Origin: Candidatus Woesearchaeota archaeon
GTDB taxonomy: Archaea > Nanobdellota > Nanobdellia > Woesearchaeales > ARS49
Assembly: GCA_019323135.1 (NCBI GenBank)
Contig: JAHWHT010000001.1
Span: 1-44,806, forward strand
Direction of reading: 5' to 3'
Length of the DNA: 44,806 bases
Shown: positions 19,286 through 26,845 of the stretch, in pieces
Layout: each line of letters opens with the position of its first letter
Position numbering within the stretch: the first letter of the stretch is position 1
Notes under the pieces: generated by a model
The model's database searches: none
What the model was told of the DNA's origin: nothing
What the model saw: only the letters and a program-made list of their open reading frames with translations
Position numbers and translations under genes: made by a program

Positions 19286-20041
19286 ATGTGGGTTCATAAT
19301 CTAAATCCAATACTGCTTTCACTAGGACCTCTAGAGATAAGATGGTATGGTCTAATGTATGTTCTGAGTTTTATTATTGTGTATATTTACGCAAGAGCTG
19401 CGGTCAAGCATAAGAAACTGAATCTTTCTCTAAAAGAACTGGATGACTTGATGATATGGCTTGTTGCAGCACTGATTATTGGTGCACGGCTATTTGAGGT
19501 GGTGTTTTACAATCATTCTTATTATTTAGCAAATCCTTCAGAGATTATTGCAATATGGCACGGCGGATTAAGCTTTCATGGCGGATTAGTTGGGGTTCTT
19601 ATTGCAGGATATGTTTTTTCAAAGAAAAAGAAAGTAAATTTCCTGCAACTTTGCGATGTTTTTGTTGTTCCGCTTGCTTTAGCACAGGCACTTGGGAGGA
19701 TTGGAAATTTTATCAATGGAGAATTGTATGGAAGGATAACTTCATTGCCTTGGGGAGTAAAGTTTTCTTCTGCAGAAGGGTTCAGACATCCTTCACAACT
19801 GTATGAAGCTGCTTATGATGTATTGATATTTGGATTCTTGTTCTTCCAGAGAAACAAGAAAAAACCGCACGGCTATTTTGTGGCTTGGTTCTTGATGCTT
19901 TATCCATTCTTTAGATTCTTGACAGAATTTGTTCGCGAACCAGAAGTGATGATAGGTCCGCTTACTATGGGACAGTGCCTGAATATTCCTATGTTTATTT
20001 TAGGAGTTTATTTGCTTTACAGAATAAAAAAGCTTAAATAA
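19286..20041 (+). CDS. lgt: Prolipoprotein diacylglyceryl transferase (bacterial-type Lgt)
   Basis: 251 aa. Lgt signature blocks WYGLMY, WHGGLSFHGGLVG, GRIGNFINGELYGR and RHPSQLYE. Confidence 0.85.
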   Translation: MWVHNLNPILLSLGPLEIRWYGLMYVLSFIIVYIYARAAVKHKKLNLSLKELDDLMIWLVAALIIGARLFEVVFYNHSYYLANPSEIIAIWHGGLSFHGGLVGVLIAGYVFSKKKKVNFLQLCDVFVVPLALAQALGRIGNFINGELYGRITSLPWGVKFSSAEGFRHPSQLYEAAYDVLIFGFLFFQRNKKKPHGYFVAWFLMLYPFFRFLTEFVREPEVMIGPLTMGQCLNIPMFILGVYLLYRIKKLK

Positions 20042-20063
20042 TTCCGATTCTACTGCACATAAT

Positions 20064-20411
20064 ATGAAAGCGATAAACCTTATAGCAATACTAAGTCTAT
20101 TACTTTTGGTAATAGCATGCGTTCCAACAGCAGAAGAATTAGCAGGCGTGAATAAAACCAACAAAACAGAAGAAATAGCAGAGCCAGTAGTGGAAGTGAA
20201 ACAAGAAATAACAGTTGTAACTTCTGTGCCTGAAAACAAAACAGAAATACCTGATGCAGTAATAGACGAGAAGCAAGAAAATACAACAAATAAGACAAAT
20301 GCGATAACCGGAGTTGCAACACCGCCGCAGATAGCAGGCAAAACAATTGTATACACTGGCGGCGCAGTAGAGATGGGCGAAGGAGAAAAAGCAAATATAA
20401 TAATACAATAG
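20064..20411 (+). CDS. Small lipoprotein rich in N-x-T sequons
   Basis: 115 aa. Lipobox VIAC. Several NKT/NTT sequons. Confidence 0.5.
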   Translation: MKAINLIAILSLLLLVIACVPTAEELAGVNKTNKTEEIAEPVVEVKQEITVVTSVPENKTEIPDAVIDEKQENTTNKTNAITGVATPPQIAGKTIVYTGGAVEMGEGEKANIIIQ

Positions 20412-20418
20412 GTGAAAA

Positions 20419-21327
20419 ATGGCAGTCTATGATACAATAATAATCGGCGCAGGACCTGCAGGCCTAAGCGCTGCAATATACGCTGCAAGACAAAAAATAA
20501 ATTTCATAGTTCTAACAGGAGATATTGGCGGACAGACACTGTGGAGCACAGAGGTAGAGAATTATCTAGGATTTCACCTTATGACCGGAGAGCAATTGGT
20601 GGAGAAGTTTGAGGAGCACATGAAAGATTACAAAATAGATGTGCGCAAGCAAGAGCCTGCAGAAACAGTAACTAAAAAGGCAAAAACATTTGAGATTAAG
20701 ACAGCAAAAGGAAAATACGAAACAAAAACAATCATAATCGCATCTGGGAAAAAACCAAGAAAACTAAATGTTCCTGGAGAGAAAGAGCTGGAAGGTAAAG
20801 GCGTAACATACTGTGCAACATGCGATGCTCCTTTGTATAAAGGAAAGACAGTTGCAATTATTGGAGGAGGCAATTCTGCAATAGAGGCAGCAATGATACT
20901 GGATAAATACGCTAAAAAAATGCATATGTTGACTGTAGATAAAGAAATCAAAGGCGAACCAGTCCTGCTTGATAAGATTAGCAAGATGAAGAATCTGCAG
21001 CACATCCCAAATGCAACAACTACTGCTGTTAAAGGAACTAAGTTTGTAACAGAACTAGAGTATGAACAAGACGGCAAGAAAAATAATCTAAAATTAGACG
21101 GAGTGTTTGTGGAGATAGGTCTAATTCCTAATACAAAATTCATTGACTTTGTGAAAAAGAATGAAAAAGGCGAGATAATCACTGACAAAGAAATGAGGGC
21201 AGATGTTCCAGGAGTGTTTGCAGCAGGAGATGTTAATGACGGAGAAGAAAAACAGATTATTGTTGCTGCTGGCGAAGGATGTGTTGCTTTATTGAATGCA
21301 GTGAGATATATACAGAAGTTGAAATAA
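20419..21327 (+). CDS. trxB: Thioredoxin-disulfide reductase
   Basis: 302 aa. FAD motif GAGPAGLSAAIYAAR, redox CATC, and GGGNSAIEAA. Confidence 0.9.
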   Translation: MAVYDTIIIGAGPAGLSAAIYAARQKINFIVLTGDIGGQTLWSTEVENYLGFHLMTGEQLVEKFEEHMKDYKIDVRKQEPAETVTKKAKTFEIKTAKGKYETKTIIIASGKKPRKLNVPGEKELEGKGVTYCATCDAPLYKGKTVAIIGGGNSAIEAAMILDKYAKKMHMLTVDKEIKGEPVLLDKISKMKNLQHIPNATTTAVKGTKFVTELEYEQDGKKNNLKLDGVFVEIGLIPNTKFIDFVKKNEKGEIITDKEMRADVPGVFAAGDVNDGEEKQIIVAAGEGCVALLNAVRYIQKLK

Positions 21328-21329
21328 AC

Positions 21330-21767
21330 TTATTTTTTTCTATATCCTTTTATTTTCAGGCACTCGTCTGCTAAAAAAGGGCCATAACACTGAATCTTCT
21401 TTTTTGCAGTCTTAAGTATTGTTTTAGGGTCAATATTCAATTTTTTCCAGACATGCCTACCATCCCAGCCATATACTACGCCTGCAGCTTCTCCCCAAAC
21501 AATTGCAGAAGCACACATAGCACAGGGTATCTGAGTAGAATATATCCAGCAACCTCTTAAACTGTAACTTTTTTTGGCGCGGCAGTATTTTTTAATCGCA
21601 TTTATTTCACCATGAGCAGTAGGATCTTGGTTTATTACTACTGTAGAAATTGCTTTTGAAACAATTTTATCGCCCTTAATAATGAAACAACCAGTTCTCA
21701 TTTTTCCTGGTTTTTTACGAGTATACTCAATCAATTCACGCATAACTTTCTCACAGGGGTGTTTCAT
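21330..21767 (-). CDS. CMP/dCMP-type zinc deaminase family protein
   Basis: 145 aa. HGEINA...PCAMC zinc motif. Confidence 0.78.
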   Translation of the reverse strand: MKHPCEKVMRELIEYTRKKPGKMRTGCFIIKGDKIVSKAISTVVINQDPTAHGEINAIKKYCRAKKSYSLRGCWIYSTQIPCAMCASAIVWGEAAGVVYGWDGRHVWKKLNIDPKTILKTAKKKIQCYGPFLADECLKIKGYRKK

Positions 21768-21895
21768 TTTAGATTAAATTTGATTTAAAGTATATAAATA
21801 TGTCGAACATAAAAACATTTCAAAAATGATAGAAAAGTATATAAATAAGTTCTTTTTAAAAGAGCATACCAAAGACCAAAGGGGGATATTATTAA

Positions 21896-22114
21896 ATGGC
21901 TGTAAAACGAAGTACAACCATTCCTAAAGCGCCGCTTGCAAGAATAATGACGCAAGCAGGAGCTCAAAGGATAAGTTCAGAAGCATTAGACGTTCTTGTT
22001 GAGATTATTGAGGACAAAGCAGTAGAGATAGCTACGCAAGCAGTAAAGATATCAAAACATGCAGGCAGAAAAACAATAAATGACGGCGATATTAAGCTGG
22101 CTGTAAGAAAGTAA
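21896..22114 (+). CDS. Archaeal histone (HMf family)
   Basis: 72 aa. PKAPLARIMTQAGAQRISSEALDVLVEIIEDKAVEIATQAVKISKHAGRKTINDGDIKLA is a typical histone fold. Confidence 0.9.
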   Translation: MAVKRSTTIPKAPLARIMTQAGAQRISSEALDVLVEIIEDKAVEIATQAVKISKHAGRKTINDGDIKLAVRK

Positions 22115-22122
22115 TGCTATTT

Positions 22123-22228
22123 GTATGTGCATAGCGCGCTTCGTTCGGATTCTGATATTTCTTTTGTTCCAGATTTGTTTTGAATCGCAGCGTATGTTAT
22201 AGAACTTCGCTAGGTGCTATGCACATAC
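22123..22228. other. 106-nt element closed by a perfect 13-bp stem, between convergent histone and GNAT genes
   Basis: GTATGTGCATAGC (22123-22135) pairs with GCTATGCACATAC (22216-22228). The interior is relatively GC-rich. Confidence 0.4.
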
Positions 22229-22230
22229 GA

Positions 22231-22650
22231 CTAATTTCTCTTCATATAAATTATTTTATCCCAATTAAACAATCTTGCAAAAAAGTTATATGGTTCTGCA
22301 CGAATACTCAATTGCCAAGGCGGCTTTGATATTTTCTTAAAACCAAACCTCTTGTAATATTTACCTAACGGCGCAAGACAGATAAGATACAACGGGCCGG
22401 AATCTTTCAGAACATAATTCAGTAAATTAGCCATATACCCTCTGCCACGATATGCTTTTTTTGTGATAACCACGCCGAGTTCTTGAATACTGCCTAGATC
22501 CTTGATACAACACAAAGAAATAAACTTGCCTTTATCATAAAGCATGTATGCTTTTGCATTAATAACAATAGCCAGAGTATCCATCCATTCTGTGACAATA
22601 AGCTTAATTGCCTTGCCAGAATGGCACACGCGAGTCTCAAAAACCTTCAT
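22231..22650 (-). CDS. GNAT-family N-acetyltransferase
   Basis: 139 aa. Motif A-like VVITKKAYRGRGYMANLL. Confidence 0.7.
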   Translation of the reverse strand: MKVFETRVCHSGKAIKLIVTEWMDTLAIVINAKAYMLYDKGKFISLCCIKDLGSIQELGVVITKKAYRGRGYMANLLNYVLKDSGPLYLICLAPLGKYYKRFGFKKISKPPWQLSIRAEPYNFFARLFNWDKIIYMKRN

Positions 22651-22671
22651 AATAGCCTAAAAAGCAGAAAG

Positions 22672-22680
22672 TATATAAAT
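22672..22680 (+). promoter_or_regulatory. TATA box (aaagTATATAAAT) for tRNA-Ala(GGC)
   Basis: Lies 24 nt upstream of the tRNA 5' end. The same aaagtatataaata box occurs twice upstream of the histone/deaminase pair (about 21800 and 21838). Confidence 0.5.
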
Positions 22681-22703
22681 AAAATTCGGTATTTTTAGCC
22701 TTG

Positions 22704-22867
22704 TGGGCTGGTAGTTCAATCCGGTAGAACGCTCGGCTGGCAGCCGAGAGGCTGCGGGTTCAAATGTGAGGGACTGCACCCTACACGTACTGGCGTACGG
22801 TCAGACGCGAGGTCTGATGGGACTCAGTCGATAATGTGATCCCTCCCTGAAAGTCCCGCCCAGTCCA
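22704..22867 (+). tRNA. tRNA-Ala(GGC) with a 90-nt intron in the T-loop (59/60)
   Basis: Full cloverleaf by hand: acceptor GGGCTGG/CCAGTCC with G3:U70, anticodon loop CTGGCAG (GGC at 22738-22740). T-stem GCGGG...CCCGC is interrupted after TTCAAA. Confidence 0.85.
22764..22853 (+). repeat. Structured T-loop intron, copy 1 of a conserved ~90-nt element
   Basis: hBHBh' geometry. T-stem, then the 3' bulge AGT, the 4-bp helix TTCA/TGAA, the 5' bulge AAT, and the inner helix GTGAGGGA/TCCCTCC. About 88% identical to 39444-39532. Confidence 0.8.
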
Positions 22868-22927
22868 TACCTTAATCAGCGATACCTTTTTAAAGGATAA
22901 GTGCTCAATAGTACATAGGGGGAAACA

Positions 22928-23566
22928 ATGGTTAAAGCTATATTATTCGACTTTTGGGGAACATTAGTAGAAAATGGCACTTATTCTCCTTTGAGACAGA
23001 CATACAATATTCTTAGAGTAAGGATGCGATTTTCTGATTTTGTCATTAAAACAGAACAGGTACTTATGACAAAACCATATTCAGACCAAACACAGGCATT
23101 TACAGAAGTGTGCAAAGCACTAAACGTAGAACCCCGAGATTTTATAATCGACAAATTAATTGGGGTGTGGAACAAAAACAAATTACTAGCAAATCTATAC
23201 CCTGAAACAATAAAAGTTCTTGAGAAATTAAAAAAAGAAGGATATAAATTAGCAATAGTATCAAACTGCCCAAACAATTCAGCAGAATCAGTAATAGAAA
23301 AATTTGATTTGGGTCAGTACTTTGACGCAATAGTGCTGAGCTGGGAAACAGGATATCTCAAGACAGACAAAGAACTGTTTGAAACCGCACTAAACCAACT
23401 AAAGGTCAAAAAAGAAGATGCAATAATGGTTGGCGATAGCATACCAACTGACGTAGACGGCGCAAAAAACGCTGGAATAAAACCAATTCTAGTAGACAGA
23501 AGAGACTCAAGAGAATACCCTGACAAAATTTCTGATTTGACAGGATTAAATGAAGTTTTAAAATGA
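22928..23566 (+). CDS. HAD-superfamily hydrolase
   Basis: 212 aa. Motif I LFDFWGTL, motif II SN, motif IV GDSIPTDVDGA. Confidence 0.8.
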   Translation: MVKAILFDFWGTLVENGTYSPLRQTYNILRVRMRFSDFVIKTEQVLMTKPYSDQTQAFTEVCKALNVEPRDFIIDKLIGVWNKNKLLANLYPETIKVLEKLKKEGYKLAIVSNCPNNSAESVIEKFDLGQYFDAIVLSWETGYLKTDKELFETALNQLKVKKEDAIMVGDSIPTDVDGAKNAGIKPILVDRRDSREYPDKISDLTGLNEVLK

Positions 23567-23630
23567 AAATTCCAAAAACAATATATTTAGTTGAAATTTT
23601 CAATGTTCCAAATAGAGGTATTTGAAACAA

Positions 23631-24425
23631 ATGAAAAAAGAGATAAGCTTCAAAAACAGCAAGGGGCAAACACTCAGAGGGGATCTTTATGTTCCTGAGG
23701 AAAAGTATAAATTAAAATATCCTGCAGTTATTGTTTGTCATGGCCTTGCAGGCAACAAGGATGCGAAAAACAAAGTAGACCTTGCAGAAGAATTGTTCAA
23801 AAACGGATTTCTTGTACTAAAATTTGATTTTCATGGTCATGGAAAAAGCGAAGGAGAGTTTCATGACATTAATTTAACGCAGGAGATTGATGATGCAAAA
23901 TCAGCAATAACTGCTCTTTATTCTTTGAGAGAGGTTGACAAGAAAAATTTAGGTCTTGTTGGGCACTCATTTGGAGGCGCAGTAACAATTATGATGGCTG
24001 CAACAGATAGTCGAGTGAAGAGCGCAGTATCAATAGCAGGCGTAATAGACATGATTAGACCGCTTAATAATTATGCAGGCACAAAAAGAGTAAAAAAATG
24101 GAAAGAGCTGGACAAGATTGAAGTCGAGCCAGGAATGAGCCTGAAATACTCTTTTATTGAAGATTTTAATAAATATGATATTCTTAGTTATGCCAAAAAA
24201 ATCAAGATTCCTTTTCTAGTTATTAATGGAACAAAAGACTATTCTGTTGGCATGAATCAAGCAAAAGCGATTGCAACAGCAGCAAGAGCACAATTAGTTA
24301 CTGTTAACGAAGATCATAACTTTGGACGAGAATCAATAACCGCAGCAGTAAACTGGTTTAATAAAACATTGAGGCAGCGCAGAATCAAAGACTCTGCTGG
24401 CCTCAAATTAAAAAATTTGAGGTGA
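23631..24425 (+). CDS. Alpha/beta hydrolase (dienelactone hydrolase/esterase-like)
   Basis: Nucleophile elbow GHSFGG. ATG 23631 is preferred over TTG 23622 (AGAGGT upstream). Confidence 0.72.
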   Translation: MKKEISFKNSKGQTLRGDLYVPEEKYKLKYPAVIVCHGLAGNKDAKNKVDLAEELFKNGFLVLKFDFHGHGKSEGEFHDINLTQEIDDAKSAITALYSLREVDKKNLGLVGHSFGGAVTIMMAATDSRVKSAVSIAGVIDMIRPLNNYAGTKRVKKWKELDKIEVEPGMSLKYSFIEDFNKYDILSYAKKIKIPFLVINGTKDYSVGMNQAKAIATAARAQLVTVNEDHNFGRESITAAVNWFNKTLRQRRIKDSAGLKLKNLR

Positions 24426-24841
24426 GTTTAGTGGAAGACTGTATATTCTGTAAAATTGTAAAAGGCGAGATTCCTTGCTCAAAAATATATGAAGACGATA
24501 AAATACTTGCATTTCTGGACATAAATCCCGTGCACAAAGGACACACACTAGTGATTCCAAAAGAGCATTATGAAGGAATAGTAGACATGCCAGATGACAC
24601 ATTAGGAGAACTTGCAAAAGTTGCTAAAAAAATCTCAAAAGCAGTTAAGAAAGCAACAGACGTTGATGGATTCAATATAATCCAAAATAATGGCGTTGAT
24701 GCAGGACAAGACGTATTTCACTTTCATCTTCACATAATACCTAGATTAAAAGGAGACGGATTAGGAAGATGGCCACACCAGAAATTCCCAGAAGAAGAGA
24801 TGAAAGAGATACAAGAAGCCATAATAAAGTCTATAGAATAA
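24422..24841 (+). CDS. HIT-family (histidine triad) nucleotide hydrolase
   Basis: 139 aa. Zn-like CIFC and the HFHLHIIP triad. Confidence 0.85.
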   Translation: MSLVEDCIFCKIVKGEIPCSKIYEDDKILAFLDINPVHKGHTLVIPKEHYEGIVDMPDDTLGELAKVAKKISKAVKKATDVDGFNIIQNNGVDAGQDVFHFHLHIIPRLKGDGLGRWPHQKFPEEEMKEIQEAIIKSIE

Positions 24842-24844
24842 TAA

Positions 24845-24854
24845 CTTTTAAAAA
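24845..24854 (+). promoter_or_regulatory. TATA box (aaCTTTTAAAAA) for tRNA-Met
   Basis: Lies 26 nt upstream of the tRNA 5' end. Same box as at 25550, 39111 and 39315. Confidence 0.5.
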
Positions 24855-24879
24855 GGCCCTCTAATTTTAATGTCTTAAT

Positions 24880-25044
24880 GGCGGCGTAGCTTAGCCTGGT
24901 ATAGTACTGCGCTCATGAATGCTTTTCTTGAGCGATGAGGCAGATGCCTATGATTAAGAAAGCAGTGCAACGCAGGGGTCCCGTGTTCAAATGTGTTCGA
25001 GAGGATTCAACTCCCTTCGGTCGTTGAAAGTCACGGCGCCGCCA
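24880..25044 (+). tRNA. tRNA(CAT) (elongator Met-like; G1:C72) with two introns
   Basis: Acceptor GGCGGCG/CGCCGCC. Anticodon CAT at 24914-24916. A ~52-nt insertion lies in or next to the anticodon loop (about 24918-24969; junction unresolved to +/-2 nt). A 39-nt T-loop intron sits at 24992-25030 with the same TTCA/TGAA plus AAT/AGT bulge geometry. Confidence 0.72.
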
Positions 25045-25056
25045 CTATTTTTAAAA

Positions 25057-25545
25057 ATGAGCTACTACATAATCATCAGAGGACCATTAGGTGTTGGCAA
25101 GTCTACAGTAGCTAAAAAGCTAGCAAAACAGTTGAACGCAGAATATATATCAATAGACGAGCTTCTAAAAAATCAAAAATTAGATGTAATTGAGGGAGAA
25201 TGCATACCTTTGAAAAATTTCATAAAAGTGATTGATACTGTACTGCCTGAAGTAAAAAAACATCTAAAAAACAAAATTGTGGTTTTTGACGGCAATTTTT
25301 ATCATAAAGAGCAAATCGATTATCTTGTTAGACACCTAGACACGCCGAATTATGCTTTTACATTAACTGCACCAATACACGTTTGCTTGGAAAGAGACAC
25401 TGCACGAGAAAAAACTCTTGGAGAAGAAGCCGCAAAAGCAGTGCACAATCTGGTCATGAGAGTTGATTACGGAACTCAAATCAAGACAGAAGGAAAGACT
25501 GCAGATGATGTAGTCAAAGAAATTCTCTTTAACCTTCCAAAATAA
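25057..25545 (+). CDS. P-loop NTPase/kinase-like protein
   Basis: Trimmed to MSYYIIIRGPLGVGKST (Walker A); the longer track ORF starts inside the tRNA gene. Confidence 0.6.
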   Translation: MSYYIIIRGPLGVGKSTVAKKLAKQLNAEYISIDELLKNQKLDVIEGECIPLKNFIKVIDTVLPEVKKHLKNKIVVFDGNFYHKEQIDYLVRHLDTPNYAFTLTAPIHVCLERDTAREKTLGEEAAKAVHNLVMRVDYGTQIKTEGKTADDVVKEILFNLPK

Positions 25546-25549
25546 GTAA

Positions 25550-25560
25550 CTTTTAAAAAC
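25550..25560 (+). promoter_or_regulatory. TATA box (aaCTTTTAAAAAC) for tRNA-Ser
   Basis: Lies 25 nt upstream of the tRNA 5' end. Confidence 0.5.
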
Positions 25561-25584
25561 ACTCACATGTTTTCATACTTCTAT

Positions 25585-25756
25585 GCCACCGTGGCACAAC
25601 CTGGTACTGCGCAGGCCTGGAACAACCGGTTACGCTCCGTTGATGCGCAAAGTGCGACATTCGCTTCGCGAAGTCCCGCGCGCTCACTTCGTGAGCACTT
25701 GGTTGAAGAAAGCCTGTTTCCTTCGGGATATCCCGGTTCAAATCCGGGCGGTGGCG
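25585..25756 (+). tRNA. tRNA-Ser(GGA) with an ~88-nt anticodon-loop intron
   Basis: Acceptor GCCACCG/CGGTGGC and a 3-bp D-stem. Anticodon stem CAGGC/GCCTG, loop CTGGAA|intron|A (GGA at 25619-25621; intron about 25623-25710). Long variable arm TCC-TTCG-GGA. T-arm CCCGG TTCAAAT CCGGG. Confidence 0.78.
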
Positions 25757-25828
25757 TATTCTATATAGCGCAGTGTTGTTTGCTAAATTTAGAAAGCTTT
25801 AAATACTCGCAAACACAGTACTATAGTA

Positions 25829-26845
25829 ATGCAAACTATACAAATAAGGCTAACAAAAGAATTAGTAAATAAGTCCCAAAAACTAGTGGATAGAGGACTT
25901 TATTCAAACAAATCAGAAGTTTTTAGAGATGCAATCAGAAGACTTACATTTAATGAAGAACTCACTCTGGATAATAAAAGAAATTTTAACATAATTTTTA
26001 CAGCAGATTTGCATGGAAATGTACAACAATATAACAAGTTATTTCAAAAAGCGTATTCTGATTGTACCGACGCAATTATAATCGGAGGAGACATTGCACC
26101 TAAAGACCCAAAAAATAGAACAATAAAAGGTCAAAAAACATTTCTTGAAAAAGAATTATTTCCTCGCATAAAAGAATTTAATAATAATAACAAAAAAAGA
26201 CAACACTCTTGTCCAATTTATATTATGCTAGGAAACGATGATTATAGATCCAATATTCCACTTCTAAAAAAGAATGAGAAAACAATAGGTTTTATACCAA
26301 TTCATAATAAATGCATTAAATTACATGAAGATTTTAAAATTGCAGGGTATTCTTATGTGCCATTAACACCTTTTGTTCATAAGGATTGGGAAAAATTGGA
26401 TCTTTCTGATGAAACAGAAACAAAATTGCGTAAAGATATCCGACTTAATGGAAATAAAGCACGAGGCAATGGTTTTGTTGATGTTAAATTCAATTTAAAA
26501 TGTAGAAAATCTACAATTGAAAAAGATTTAAAAAAATTATTGCGCAGTTCAAGTGAAAAAATTCTTTTGGTTTCTCATGCGCCCCCACATAATACCGTTC
26601 TCGATATGATTAATGCTTATACTCACGTAGGTAGTGCGGCAATAAGAAAATTAATTGAAGAAAAACAACCATTCATGACACTCCATGGTCACATCCATGA
26701 GACTGTAGATGTTTCAGGAAATTTCAAATCCACGATAGGCAAAACAATTTCAGTATGTTCAGGAAATGATCATAGATATGATTCTCTTGCCATAATAAAA
26801 TTCAATCTATATAATCCTGAAAAAGCTATCCGAGAACTTATTTGA
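25829..26845 (+). CDS. Ribbon-helix-helix (CopG-like) domain fused to calcineurin-like metallophosphoesterase
   Basis: 338 aa. The N-terminal MQTIQIRLTKELVNKSQKLVDRGLYSNKSEVFRDAIRRL is an RHH. Metallophosphoesterase (MPE) motifs DLHGN, GGDIAP, GNDD, SHAPPH and HGHIHE follow. Confidence 0.7.
   Translation: MQTIQIRLTKELVNKSQKLVDRGLYSNKSEVFRDAIRRLTFNEELTLDNKRNFNIIFTADLHGNVQQYNKLFQKAYSDCTDAIIIGGDIAPKDPKNRTIKGQKTFLEKELFPRIKEFNNNNKKRQHSCPIYIMLGNDDYRSNIPLLKKNEKTIGFIPIHNKCIKLHEDFKIAGYSYVPLTPFVHKDWEKLDLSDETETKLRKDIRLNGNKARGNGFVDVKFNLKCRKSTIEKDLKKLLRSSSEKILLVSHAPPHNTVLDMINAYTHVGSAAIRKLIEEKQPFMTLHGHIHETVDVSGNFKSTIGKTISVCSGNDHRYDSLAIIKFNLYNPEKAIRELI

Noticed and set aside
22764-22853. Box C/D sRNA hidden in the T-loop introns (GTGA near the 5' end, CTGA near the 3' end)
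   Set aside because: The GTGA is GTAA in the tRNA-Ile copy, and the internal TGATG is TGACG there. The C/D and K-turn elements are therefore not conserved between the copies. The CTGA is explained by the BHB central helix.
24991-25056. N-terminal 22 codons of the 184-aa track ORF
   Set aside because: They would start inside the tRNA(CAT) gene. The P-loop protein starts naturally at MSYYIIIRGPLGVGKST (25057).
25553-25872. ORFs of 61-101 aa overlapping tRNA-Ser; also 39062-39403 and 39640-39864 over the tRNA cluster
   Set aside because: The regions fold into complete tRNA cloverleaves with introns, which explains the GC-rich open frames.
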